DNA from: Mobula birostris
Lineage: Eukaryota
DNA: 64,000 bases
Direction of reading: 5' to 3'
Assembly: GCF_030028105.1 (NCBI RefSeq)
Contig: NC_092376.1
Span: 134,476,230 to 134,540,229, forward strand
Shown: positions 38,126 through 50,402 of the stretch, one piece after another
How positions within the stretch are numbered: the stretch's first letter is position 1
Layout: each line of letters starts with the position of its first letter
Notes under the pieces: generated by a model
Seen by the model: the letters and a program-made list of their open reading frames with translations, nothing else
Databases searched by the model: none
What the model was told of the DNA's origin: nothing
Made by a program: the position numbers and the translations under genes

Positions 38126-39357
38126 GGCTGGGCTAACCAAGCTGTCCCAGTATAGTTACAACACTGTATCCACCCCACAATGTGGAATATTTCTTATTAT
38201 CACTCGGAGTGAATTACATTAGATGAAGGCTGACAACCAGAACTTCAGGAAGAAGCTGAGATGGATCATTTGTTTGGCATTTCTGCTCTACCTGAAGATG
38301 AGCCTCATACTCCATTAAATACTTAATTTCCCACCATCACTTACCACTAGGTATGGCTTTGATCTAATCTATTGGAGATTGCATTGCTTAACTTTGTCTC
38401 TGTATATACTGTTAAGCACTCATATTCTTGCACTGAAGATTCACTAGATTGGGATCTGTCAGGCCATGGGGTTAAAAATCATGACTGTGTGCATTTCTGC
38501 TGCTGTTGATTGTCTTCAAAACTTCATGTTTGAGCTGTCAGACTTGTTTTCAGCCTATCCCATTTAGCATGATTTTAAATCGCACAATGCATTAGAAGGT
38601 AACCTCTGTGTTAGAAGGTAACAGACTGTGTGTGGCCACTTCTATCAATGCAGCCATAGGTGCAGATATCTGTAGTGGATGGATTCGGTGAAGTTGAGAT
38701 GATAAGCCAATCATCATTATGATGGTTTGCTCACAATCTGCCAGGGAACCAATCTGGCAGCTATGCTTTTCAAGACTCAGCAAGTGCTGATGCAAGTGTG
38801 TGCAAAAATGGCTGCATTCATTGCTTTTTTAAATCAAGGTTTTAATGGAATTCAAGGATTTCTTAATAATGAAAGGATTTTTTTTATTTGTTTGTATCAC
38901 TTTACTTCTTTGTTATTGATTATTATGTTGGCCAGATTTTATGTTGTTATGAAAAAAGAACTATTGGCTATCTCCTCTTGTTTGGCAGATTGCGTTACCA
39001 TACTCAGAAGTATGTCAAACATAGAAATTGTTAAATAATAGGACGGCAGGTATGTCAGCCAAGGAAATGGGTTCAGAGGTGCTTGATGGCTGGCCAAGTA
39101 TTTATATTCCACAGTTTTTGAATCTACCTTTCAACTATTGCCTTGACATGGCCCAGCCTTTGGCAAAGTTAACAATAAATACAATGAGCTTACAGTCTTT
39201 TGAAAGTCAGATAACTTTTACTCCATTCATTGTCTTTTACAGTTCAAGTATGAATTGTGGCAGCCCTTTATCTGTGAACATGTTACAAACTGGATTTCAC
39301 TCCCTAAATCCTTGGTCTTTCTAACTTCATCTCTAGTTTACCGAATAACAGCTGTAT

Positions 39358-39960
39358 TGCTTTTTTTTAATAGTTTATTTTCAAAATTTCAAAAAAAATA
39401 AAATCAACAAGAACATATAAGCTCAGACGTGTATAAAATAAAATAAACAAAAAATAAGAAAAAAAGGACATAACATTAGAGGGATGCCTGTTATACAGAG
39501 TGCTCAAAAATGCTAAACATCCACCCTTAGTTCACTATGAAGTAAATTGGGCTATGTTTTCCAATGGAGTATTTTTATATAATTGTAGCTTGTTATTGGT
39601 TATAACTGAGGTTATGCCCTACTTTGTGAAACATTCATTTTTGTGATCTGATTTATCTGGTACCATAAAAGGATTAACAAATATGTAGCTGCTTGATGAT
39701 CTCTGAATCTACTTGGACTGTTCCTGAACCAGCAACATCAGTTTTCCTATCAGAAAATCTGAATCCCTCTTCCTTGAGCCGGCCCATGCTCGTGGCTAGC
39801 TATACAATAGTTACGGTATCACAAAACCACCAGATGACTCATTGTTAAATTGTGAGAGCTGTCCCATAAACTAGTCGAACAATGCCCTGATTTAGTTGTC
39901 TCAAAACCATATCATACAGTCAATGTTCCTTCATCTCAGTTTCACCTGGAAGAGAGGAGG
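39358..39960 (-). mobile_element. L1/Tx1-like 3' fragment
   Basis: Poly(T) and tttatt at about 39360-39380; decayed H-x-x-W-x-C-like motif near 39815-39845. Confidence 0.45.
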
Positions 39961-40149
39961 TGCAGTCATATTCCAAATTCAACAAAAAATACGAAAAAAA
40001 CATGAAGTTATCCATTTGGTGCAAAAAAAACTGAGAAAGAAGTGATTCTTTAAGATATGAGATTTAAAATAATTTTAATTTAAAATGCATCTGGGTGTCT
40101 GTGTATGCAAGACATGAAAGTTAACGATTAGTTAGGCCCTTGTGTTTAC

Positions 40150-40428
40150 TTATTTATAGGTACAGAGTGGAATAGGCCCTTCCAGAACTTCAAATTGCAC
40201 CACCCACAACTCCTGACAAACCCAATTTAAACTTAACTTAATCACGGGACAATTTACAATGACCAGTTAACCTACTAGGTATGTCTTTGAACTGTGGGAG
40301 AAAACCAGAGCACCCGGAGGAAACTCATGCATTCCATGGGGAGGACAGAGAACGCTGAGATTAAACTCTGAATTACAATTTCCAGAACTGTAATAATGTT
40401 TGGCTAACCACTATGCCACCATGGCACC
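40150..40428 (-). mobile_element. tRNA-type SINE (HE1-like)
   Basis: caatttacaatgacc..ttaacctac and gggagaaaaccagagcacccggagg motifs shared with 40545-41022 and 63565-63840; CR1-like 3' end. Confidence 0.7.
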
Positions 40429-40544
40429 CAACATTGGACCTATATTAGAAGAGGATTTGTGTACAGATAACTTACTGTGACTATATAGGATATTAGGAGA
40501 CCATGCATGCAGTATTGTGTACAGATTTGGTCTTTTTTATTATT

Positions 40545-41022
40545 TTTTATTTTTATTTTTGAGGACCAGCATGGTAACAGGCCCTCCCACCCCAACAAGC
40601 CCACACTGCCTAATTTCATCGATGTGACCAATTAACCTACTAACTCGTATGCCTTTGGAATGTGAGAGGAAACCAGAGCACCCGGATGAAAGCCATGTGG
40701 TCACAGCGAGAATCTGCAAACTCCTTACAGACAGTGGCAGGGAATAAACCCGGGTCACTAATAACACACACAAAATGATGGTGGAACGTAGCAGGCCAGA
40801 CAGCATCCATAGGAAGAAGCACAGTCGATGTTTCGGGCCGATCGTCCTGGTCTCGGCCCAAAATGTCGACTGTGCTTCTTCCTATGGATGCTGTCTGACC
40901 TGCTGCGTTCCACCAACATTTTGTGTGTGTTGCTTGAATTTCCAGCATCTGCAGATTTCTTTGAGTCTGTGTCACTAATGCTATAACAGTTTTACACTAA
41001 TTGCTACGCTACTGTGCTGTCC
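40545..41022 (-). mobile_element. tRNA-type SINE (HE1-like) split by a PLE hairpin
   Basis: Same SINE core motifs; sequence continues after the TSD at 40971. Confidence 0.7.
40763..40970. mobile_element. PLE-derived hairpin mini-element
   Basis: About 75-bp near-perfect inverted arms meeting in hammerhead stem II; tail on the right; 9-bp TSD gtcactaat (40754-40762 / 40971-40979). Confidence 0.9.
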
Positions 41023-41259
41023 CCAAAATTTCAGAACAACCTTCTTAATTAAAAAATTGAAATACTTGTCATAGAGGTAATGTTGCAATAGAAAAAGGAA
41101 ACTCTTGACCAGTTCCAGGGTTGCCAGGTTTGCCAGGTTTGCTGTTTGATAAGAGTTTGGGCAGACTAGGTCTCTATTTCTTAAAGTTAAGAACATGGCA
41201 AGGAGATTTCATTGGAAATTATAATTTTTTTCAAGTTTGACAAGCTATGTGCAGCAAAG

Positions 41260-41580
41260 ATTATCCCTTGGCTGAGGAATTAAGAGTAAGGAACAACCTA
41301 CGTCAGTATAAGGATAGGCCATATAGGACTGAGATGAGGACAAATTTCATTACACAGTGTGTGGAAAATCTTTTGAATTCTCTGTTGAAGAGTGCAGTGG
41401 AGAATCAGTTATGAGTTCATTCGAAACGGATCTTGGTAAATTTCTGGAAATTCAGGGTATCAATGGACATGGGACTAGTGCAGGAAAACAGTGTTGAAGT
41501 AAAAAATTAAGCAGGATCTTGATGAACTGTGACAAACTCTCAAATGGCCAAATGGCCTATTCCTGCTCTTATTTCATGTT
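41260..41580 (+). mobile_element. CR1 3' fragment
   Basis: aggactgagatgagg..aatttc, gaattctctg, ggccaaatggcctattcctgctc. Confidence 0.75.
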
Positions 41581-42134
41581 AGTATTAAACTGTCTCAGTA
41601 TTAAAACATCTAGTTTCTCGTGTTCCACACTCCCATTATTTTCCTACACTTTATCCCCTGTTTCTCCGTGTTTTGCATAATGTTGCTGCCTTTTTGTCAG
41701 CATCTACCAAGTATAATACAAAGCTTGGAATGATAAAAAAAAACACCAAAAATCCAAAGGTGCTGAGAATCTGAGATAAAAGCAGAAAATACTGGAAACA
41801 CTCAGTGTATCAAGCAAACTGACCTGCTGAGTGTTTCCAGCATGTGATGTTCTTATTTCAAACTATGAAATTCATCAGCTTTGACAAGAAGTGCCTTTGT
41901 CTTCTCAGCATGACATGGCAACCAAATCATGTCGGAAGGAATTTTAAAGATCAAGGCCCACACATGAAAACTTTCTTTTCATTACTTGAAGGAAACATAG
42001 GAGACCATTTGATTCGGAGCAGATGTCAAAATGCTCAGCATCACTCTGGCTGCCATTTAAACAGTTCTAGTCCCTCAAAGGAAACTGAAACAGAAACAGG
42101 TGTTTAATAGGTGGCTATGTTTGTACTGTTGTCT

Positions 42135-43305
42135 TAAACATAGAACACAGTTGTACAGCACAGTACAGGCACTTTGACCCACAATGTTATGCCAACTCTT
42201 TAACGTTCTCTAAGAAAAATCTAACCCCACATAGCTCTCCATTTTTCCATCAATTTGCATATTCAAGGGTCCCTTATACAGGTATGTACTTAATGCCTCT
42301 ACTGCCACCCCTGGTAGGGGATTCCATGCATCTACCTCTCTGTGTAAACAAACTTATCTCTGACATCCCACTATACTTTCCTTAAAACACTTTAAATTAT
42401 GCCCCTTTCCCTGGTAAAATATCTCCAGCTCTCCACTTTATCAATGCCTCCTCATATCATCTTGTACACTTCTATCATGTCATCTTTCATCCTCCTTCTC
42501 TCCAGATAGAAAAGTCCTATCCTCATATGGCATACTCTCTAATCAAAGCAGCATCCTGGTAAATCTCCTCTGCACCCTCTCTAAAGCTTCCACTCCTTTC
42601 CTATACTGTGGACACCAGAACTGAATACTGCAAGTGTGGTCATGTAGAATTTTGTGAATAATACATGCATGAATCATTTTATGTATTTAACAAAAACCAC
42701 AGCCTTTTACTTCCATTACAAACAAAACCAAAAGCAGTCCCCTTACACTGATGTCATTACATCAGACACCATCTCTTAAAGTGAACACAGCAACTCAATG
42801 ACAGTGTTTGTGAATTATGTATGTTGTCCATTATGAAGAATCTGTGTCATCTGCCACCCATTACATTAAGTTACAGTCTAACCAGAGTTTTAAAGAGCTA
42901 CAACATTACTTCATGGCTCTTGAACTTAACTCCCAACTAACTAAAGGCTAACATAACATATGCCTTCTTAGCTGCACAAAAATCTTGTGCTGCAACTTTG
43001 AGAAATTGATGGATAGGTACTACAAAATCCTTCCATTTCTCCACACTGTTAAACCTGTATTCTGCCTTCATTCTTCTGAAGTGAATCACTTTACACTTTT
43101 CCGGATTGAATTCTAAATCCCATTTCTCAGCCCAGCTCTGTATCCTTTCAATGTCCTGTTGTAATCAACAACAACCATCTACAGTATTCAAAACACCACC
43201 AACTTTCATGCCATCTGCAAAGTTACTAACCCATCCTTCCACTCATTTATCAAAATAACAAATAGCAGGGGTCCTAGAACAGATCCCTGTGGAACATCAC
43301 TGGTT
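42135..43305 (-). mobile_element. CR1 RT fragment
   Basis: aaacatagaac tail; colinear with the 58840-59840 CR1. Confidence 0.8.
42643..42875. mobile_element. Probable solo LTR inside CR1
   Basis: TG...CA ends (tgtag / ttaca); splits the CR1 motif aagtgtggtc|taaccagag with gtca / gtct flanks. Confidence 0.5.
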
Positions 43306-43399
43306 AGAATATTCTGAGAGGTCTATGTACTGTATATTGGATAAAAGATCATATTTCTCCTTGTCAGATAACCTAGAACTAAGGATTATTTGATACTCA

Positions 43400-45680
43400 G
43401 TGAATCATGAGTCTTTGACCTTCCAATGTTTATCACTTCATACTTTTCTGGTTTGAGCTCCATCTGTCACTTCTCAGCCTAGATTTGCATCCCATCAGTA
43501 TTCCATTGTAACCATTGACAATTTTTGTCACTGTCCACAACACCACCAACCTTTGTGTCATCTACAAACTTACTAACCCTCCCTTCTACTTTCTCATCCA
43601 AGTCATTTAGAAAAACCACAAAGAGCAGCGGAACACCACTGATCACTGACCTCCGGGCAGAACATTTTCCATCTACTACCACCCTCTGTCTTCTATGGGC
43701 AAGCCAATTCTGAATCCACGCAGCCAAATTACTCTGGATCCCATGCCTCCTGGCTTTCTAAATGAGCCTAGTATGAGCCATGTTGGCTACTCCTAATCAA
43801 CTCCTGATGAAGGGTCTCAGCCTGAAATGTCAACTATACTCTTTTCCATAGATGCTGCCTAGCCTGCTGAGTTCCTCCAGTGTTTTCTGTGTGTTGCTTG
43901 GATTTCCAGCATCTGCAGATTTTCTCTTGCTGATGCTTCTCCAAATGCTCATAAATCCAGTCTCTAAGAATCATCTCCAATATTTTGCCCATTACTGATG
44001 TAGAACTCCTCATCTTTAATTCCCACAATTATCCCAATTACCTTTCTGAATAAAGGAATAACATTTGCCATCCTCCAGTCTTCTGATACTATTCCTGTGG
44101 CCAGTGAGGATGGAAAGATCACCACCAAGGCACAGCTGTCTCTTGCCTCATTTCCTGAAGTTACCTGGGTATCCCTGGTCTGGCCTTGGGGTCTTATCTA
44201 CCTTAATGTGTTTCAAGTTTCTAGCATATCCTCTTTCTTAAATTTGATATGCTCCAGCATATCAGCCTGTTATATGCCGACCTCACATTCCCTCTCACTG
44301 GTGAATACTGAAGCAAAGTATTCATAAAGGACCTCCCCTGCCTTCCCTGACTCAAGGCGTGTTTCTTTTTTTAAATCCCTGATCAGTCCTACCATCACTC
44401 TAGTCATCCTTCTGTTCTTTACGCATATGTAGACCTCTTTTGCGTTTTCTTTAATTCTACTCACCAAGACCTTGTCATGTCCCCTTCTAATTCTCCTAAC
44501 TCTATTTTAAGCTCCTTCCTGGCTACCTTGTAGCTCCCTAGAGGCCTGTCTGCTCTTTGGTTCCTAAACTTTAAATATGCTTCTTTATTTCTCTTGACTA
44601 GATGTTCCACCTTTCTTGCCAACTACAGTTTCTTCATCCTACCATCCTTTCCCTGCCTCCATGTGACAAACCTATAGAGAGTCCCCTGAAAGAGCTGCCT
44701 AAATGACCTTCACATTCCCATTGCATATTTCCCTGAGTACGTCCATTCCCAATTTATGCTCCCAAGTTCCTGCTCAATAGCACCATAATTTCAGCTCGCC
44801 CAATTAAATACTTTCCTGTACTGACTGCTCCTATCCCTGTCCAAAACTATGATAAAGGTCAAGAGGTTGATATCATTATGTCCAATATACCTACCGAAAG
44901 AATTGACACCTGACCAGATTTATTACCTAGTTCCAGATCCAGTACGGCCTCTCCTCTAGTTGGTCTGTCTACATATTGTATCAGGACCCTTCATGGACAC
45001 ACCTAACGAATTTCACCTCACCTGAATGTTTTGCACCAAGGAGGTGCCAATCAATATTAGGGAAGTTGAAGAGTTGAAGTCACCCATGACAACAACCCAG
45101 CTATTTTTTCATCTTTCCAAACTCTGCCTCCCAATATATTCCTCAGTGTTTCTGGTGCTGTTTAGGGGTGAGGTCAATAGAATACTCCCAATAAAGTAAT
45201 TGCTCTCTTCTTGTTTCTGACTTCCACCTACACTGACTCGGTAGGTGAGTCCTCCATGAATTCCTCCCTTTCTGCAGGTGTGACACTATCGCTGATTAGC
45301 AATGTCACACCTACGTCTCTTTTACCTGCCTCCATGTCCCTTTTGAAACATCTAAACACTGGACCATCCAGCAGTTATCCTTGCCCTTGTGACATCCAAG
45401 TCTCTGTAATGGCCACAACGTCGTACTAACATATGTTCAAAGTTCATCGCTCTTGTTCTTGATACTTCTCGCATTAAAATAGACACATTTCAACCCATCC
45501 AGTTAACTGCAATTATGTTATTTCCACTGCCTATCTTTCCTCACAGTCTCATTACATGCTGCATCTACCTTTATACCTTGTACCCCATCTTCTGACCTAT
45601 ATCTCTGATTCCCATCCTTTGTCCAAGTAGTTTATACCCTCCCAACCAACTCCAGCAACACTGGCTGCAAGGATATCAGG
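43400..45680 (-). mobile_element. Decayed CR1 (end of ORF1, EN and RT)
   Basis: WIQNWLAHRRQRVVV..SKFVDDTKV; EYFASVFT; ORF1-end DILAASVAGVGWEGIN at about 45630-45680. Confidence 0.85.
43801..43930 (+). mobile_element. PLE pseudo-LTR single arm beginning at the hammerhead core
   Basis: cctgatgaagggtctcagcctgaaatgtcaac followed by pLTR 3' sequence and tail, inside CR1. Confidence 0.8.
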
Positions 45681-45683
45681 CAA

Positions 45684-46008
45684 TAAGACAAAAAGATAGA
45701 GGAGTAGAATCAGGCCATCCGGTTCATCAAGTCTGCTCCACCATTGCATCTTGACTGACTTATTATTCCTCTCAGCCCTATTCTCCTGCCTTCTCCCTGT
45801 AACCTTTGATGACCTTACTAATGAAGAATCCATGAACCTCCTCCTTAAAAACACCTAATAATCTGGCCTCCTGTGCTGTCTGTGGCAATAAATTCCACAG
45901 ATACACTATCCTCTGGCTAAGGAAATTCATCTTTACCTCTGTTCTATTCTGAGGCTGTGTGCTCTGGTAGACTCCCCCACTATAGGAAGCATCATCTCCA
46001 CATTCTCT
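45684..46008 (-). mobile_element. CR1 3' fragment
   Basis: NFLSQRIVYLWNLLP..ARLLGVFKEE in ORF 45778-46173. Confidence 0.8.
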
Positions 46009-46699
46009 TTGGGTATTAGTTCCCCTCTTTGAATTTAATCCCCTGTTGGCAGTGCTAAACATGTATAATAAGAATGCACCAGGCCATAGTATATAGTAGT
46101 AAAATGGAATGAATTCTAAGAGCAAAGTGAGTGGAATGAATTTTAGAGGCAGAGTAAAATGTGCTGATGCCACAAAATAATTTGTCTAAAATTATTGACC
46201 TATGATTAATTTCTAGGCATGCACATCATCTAAGGTGAGAATTATCTTCAAATTCTTTTTGGTTTGTCTATGTAGTCACTCCATCTTCACTGTACCAATG
46301 TCCCATTGTATGTCTCTGGTGATGCTTAAAAACAATCTTTTTCAGTATAATGAGGGCAGTCTGGTACTTTAGAGGCAATTTCTTCTTTGTGAAAATTACC
46401 CCAGTCAGCATCCACCCGGCAAAAATACACCCACTTGGGCCCTAAAATAACCATTCCTCTTTAAATTAACAACACAAAAACTGCTGAGGATACAAACGAA
46501 CATGCTTTCTCAACGAATTGTTTTTTACTCATTCATGGGATTTTTACATTGTTGCAAAACAACATTTATTGCCAAAAGATGGTGATGAAATACTGAATCA
46601 CTTTCTTGAACTGCTGCAACCCACATAGCAGAATTACTCTTGTAGCGTTACTAGGCAGTCTGTGTTGAAGATCAGTAATAAATCTTCACATGTCACTTG

Positions 46700-48597
46700 T
46701 AAATTGCTGGTGAACGCAGCAGGCCAGACAGCATCCATAGGAAGAAGCACAGTCGATGTTTTGGGCCGAGACCCTTCGTCAGGACTAACTGAAAGAAGAG
46801 ATAGTAAGAGATTTGAAAGTGGGAGGGGGAGGGCGAGATCCGAAATGATAGGAGAAGACAGGAGGGGGAGGGATGGAGCTAAGAGCTGGAAAGTTGATTG
46901 GCAAAAGGGATACAAGGCTGGAGAAAGGAGAGGATCATGGGACGGGAGGCCTAGGGAGAAAGAAAGGTGGAGGGGAACGCCAGAGGAAGATGGAGAGCAG
47001 GCAAGGAGTTGTTCCGTGTTCCAAGCCTATACTGGTATCCATCCCCCACTTTTCCTTCGCTACATCGATGACTGCATTGGTGCTGCTTCCTGCACGCATG
47101 CTAAGCTTGTTGACTTCATTAACTTTGCCTCCAACTTTCACCCTGCCCTCAAAGTTACCTGGACCATTTCACACACCTCCCTCCCCTTTCTTGATTTTTT
47201 TGTCTCTTTCTCGGGAGACTGCTTATTTACTCATGTCTACTATTAGCCTACGGACTCTCACAGCTACCTGGACTATTCCTGTTCCCACCCTGTCTCATGG
47301 AAAAATGCCATCCCCTTCTCGCAACTCCTCCGTCTCCGCCGCATCTGCTCTCAGGATGAGGCTTTTCATTCCAGGACAAAGGAGATGTCTTCCTTTTTTT
47401 AAAGAAAGGGGCTTCCCTTTCTCCACCATCAATTTTGCTCTCAAACACATCTCTCCCATTTCATGCACATCTGCTCTCACCCCATCTTCCCGCCACCCCA
47501 CTAAGGATAGGGTTCCCCTTGTCCTCACCTACCACCCAACCAGTATCCGGGTCCAACATATAATTCTCCGTAACTTCCTCCACCTCCAACGGGATCCCAC
47601 CACTAAACACATCTTTCCCTCCCCCCTTTCTGCTTTCCGGAGGGATCGCTCCCTATGCGACTCCCTTGTCCATTAGTCCCCCCCCATCCCTTCCCACTGA
47701 TCTCCCTCCTGGCACTTATCCTTGTAAGTGGAACAAGTGCTACACATGCCCTTACACTTCCTCCCTTACCACCATTCAGGGCCCCAGACAGTCCTTCCAG
47801 GTGAGGCGCCACTTCACCTGTGAGTCGGCTGATGTGATATACTGTGTCCGGTGCTCCCGGTGCGGCCTTCTATATATTGGCAAGACCCGACGCAGACTGG
47901 GAGATCATTTTGTTGAACACCTATGCTCTGCCTGCCAGAGAAAGTGGGATCACCCAGTGGCCACACATTTTAATTTCATGTCCCATTCCCATTCTGATAT
48001 GTCTATCCATGGCCTCCTCTACTGTAAAGATGAAGCCACACTCAGGTTGGAGGAACAATGCCTTATATTCCATCTGGGTAGCCTCCAACCTGATGGCATG
48101 AGCATTGACTTCTCAAACTTCCGTTAACGCCCCTCCTCCCCTTCTTACCCCATCCCTTATTTATTTACTTATTTGTTTGTTTGTTTATATTTTTTTCCTT
48201 GTTTTTCTCTCTCTTTTTTCCTCTCTGGCCCTCTCACAATAACTCCTTGCCTGCTCTCCATCTTCCTCTGGCGCTCCCCTTCCCCTTTCTTTCTCCCTAG
48301 GCCTCCTGACCCATGATCCACCCCCTTCTCCGGCCTTGTATCCCTTTTGCCAATCAACTTTCCAGCTCTTAGCTCCATCCCTCCCCCTCCTGTCTTCTCC
48401 TATCATTTTGGATCTCTCCCTCCCCCTCCCACTTTCAAATCTCTTACTACATCTTTTGTCAGTTAGTCCTGACAAAGGGTCTCAGCCCGAAACATCAACT
48501 GTGCTTCTTCCTATAGATGCTGTCTGGTTTGCTGCATTCCACCAGCATTTTGTGTGTGTTGCTTGAATTTCCAGTATCTGCAGATTTCCTCGTGTTT
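46700..48597 (+). mobile_element. Neptune-type Penelope-like element, 5'-truncated, with inverted pseudo-LTR
   Basis: Inverted arm 46700-47010; body 47011-48597; 12-bp TSD acatgtcacttg (46688-46699 / 48598-48609). Confidence 0.92.
47011..48127 (+). pseudogene. PLE RT C-terminus + Cys linker + GIY-YIG endonuclease (frameshifted)
   Basis: FLRYIDDCIG; RVPLVLTYHP; GTYPCKWNKCYTC; VIYCVRCSRCGLLYIGKT..R; HPVATHF. Confidence 0.9.
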
Positions 48598-48837
48598 ACA
48601 TGTCACTTGCCTTGCCTGTGACATGTAAACACACTGATGTCCCAGATTACCCAGATTACTTGTTAAGTACGGTTAATGTAGAGTACTTTTTTCATGTTCT
48701 TGATTTTGCTGGGATTTATCTATTTCTGGAATTTTGGCCTGGAATTAGAAGAGGAAACTTTGCTTCGCTTCATACAAGTTTTCTTCATATAAGCATATAA
48801 GTTTTCTTTTCCCCAGCATTTTGTGCCATACAAATCG

Positions 48838-49460
48838 ACAGGGTGTGAAGAAGATGTTTAGCATGCTGGTCTTCAACAGGCAGAGCATTGAATTTAGAAG
48901 TAAGGATATTATTTTCCAGTTTTATAAGTTATTGATGAGATTGCAATTGCAATATTGTTTACAGTTTTGGGCATGTTATTACACAAAAGATATTGTTAAG
49001 CTGGAGAGGGTGCAGAAGAGGTCTACGAGGATGCTATTTGGATTAGAGATTCTAAGTCGTAGGGAGAGGTTGGTCATGCTGGATCTTTATTCCTTGGAGT
49101 ATAGGAGAATTGGGGGGGGGGGGTGACCTCACTGAAGTTTATAAAATCATGAAGGGTGTCAATAAGCAGGACTGTTATAGTCTTTTCCTTTGGGTTAGGG
49201 AGTCCAAAAGGCACAGATACAAGATAAGAGGGGAGAGATCTAAAAGAGACTTGAGAGGCAACTGCTTTACTCAGAACATAGTGAGTATCTGCCTGAGGAA
49301 GTGGTCGAGACATTAAAGATGCATTTGGATCAGTATGTAGAAGGGAGGGGCATGGAGGATAATAGGCCGAATGTTGGCAACTAGTACTAGCAGGGAGAAA
49401 TCTGTGATCAGCATGAAGAAGTTGGGCCGAAGGGCCTGTTTCCAATCTGTATTACTTTAA
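48838..49460 (+). mobile_element. CR1 3' fragment
   Basis: QYCLQFW..DIVKLERVQKRSTRML; gggccgaagggcctgttt 3' UTR. Confidence 0.85.
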
Positions 49461-50089
49461 GGCACTAAAGAGCAGCAGATTACTCCTGGAGCTTCGCAGT
49501 GTCATCTGGGCAATGTCCCTTAAATAGCTGTCAATTTTCATTGATGCTTTCTTTCCTCTGTGCTTACTGAAGTACAGAATGATCAATAGGTGAATTAGAG
49601 TGAGCAGTCTATACATTCATCTGGTTACCAACTTTGTCACCTAATTCTTTAGTACAATGATTTTTACTTTTTCTTTTTCAAGAGTCAATGTATTGTTTGC
49701 TTGTATTTGCCATTGTTTTGTTTTGCTGTCAAGGAAAATTGGTGCTATTGTGGAAATAGAAACATACCAGCATCCATTAACTCAACTCTGCTTCTCTATT
49801 TCATGTGGTTCTTACGGTTTTGAAAAATACTATAGATCTGGGTCGCAAGTTCTTTAGTGCCTGAGCTTTCAATAAGTGAAGTTATAAACCCAATCATTTT
49901 CTGACTGCGGTTACCATTGTCCATGTGATTTCAAATGCCTGTTCAAAATTCACTTTCTTCTCAGTGGACAATCACCTTCGAGTATGCACATCGTGGTTTG
50001 CACAACCTTCAGTCTTATACCATACTTACAGTGTTCGACAATCAAAATTAAATCTGAAACAAAGCTCGTCGGGATGCTAATTTGCTGTG

Positions 50090-50402
50090 CGGGCAGCATG
50101 GCGGTGTTGCAGCTAGTGTAGTGCTTTACAGTGCCAGTGATCCAGGATCAATGACTAGCGCTGTCCATCAGGACTTTTACATTCTCTCCAGGACCATACG
50201 AGTTCATCCAGGTGTCCTGGTTTACCCCCACATTCCAAATACATCCTGTGTGAGTTAGTATGCTATGTGGGGGCACCAGAGGCTAGGTGACACTTGTAGG
50301 CTGCCATCAGCATACTCCCAGACTGTGTTGGTTATTGACGCAAACAATGTGTTTCACTGTATGCTTTGATGTACACATCGCAAATAAAGCTAATCTTGAA
50401 TT
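50090..50402 (+). mobile_element. tRNA-type SINE with LINE-like tail
   Basis: A/B-box-like head, ggtgtcctggtttacccccacattccaaa core, aataaagctaatcttgaa tail. Confidence 0.65.

Noticed and set aside
42690-42698. RSS nonamer acaaaaacc
   Set aside because: No cacagtg heptamer at 12/23 spacing and no V/D/J-like coding segment.
8162-48597. Recurring palindromic repeat as CRISPR or REP-like array
   Set aside because: The context is eukaryotic, and copies are dispersed, TSD-flanked and match PLE termini. There is no repeat-spacer periodicity.
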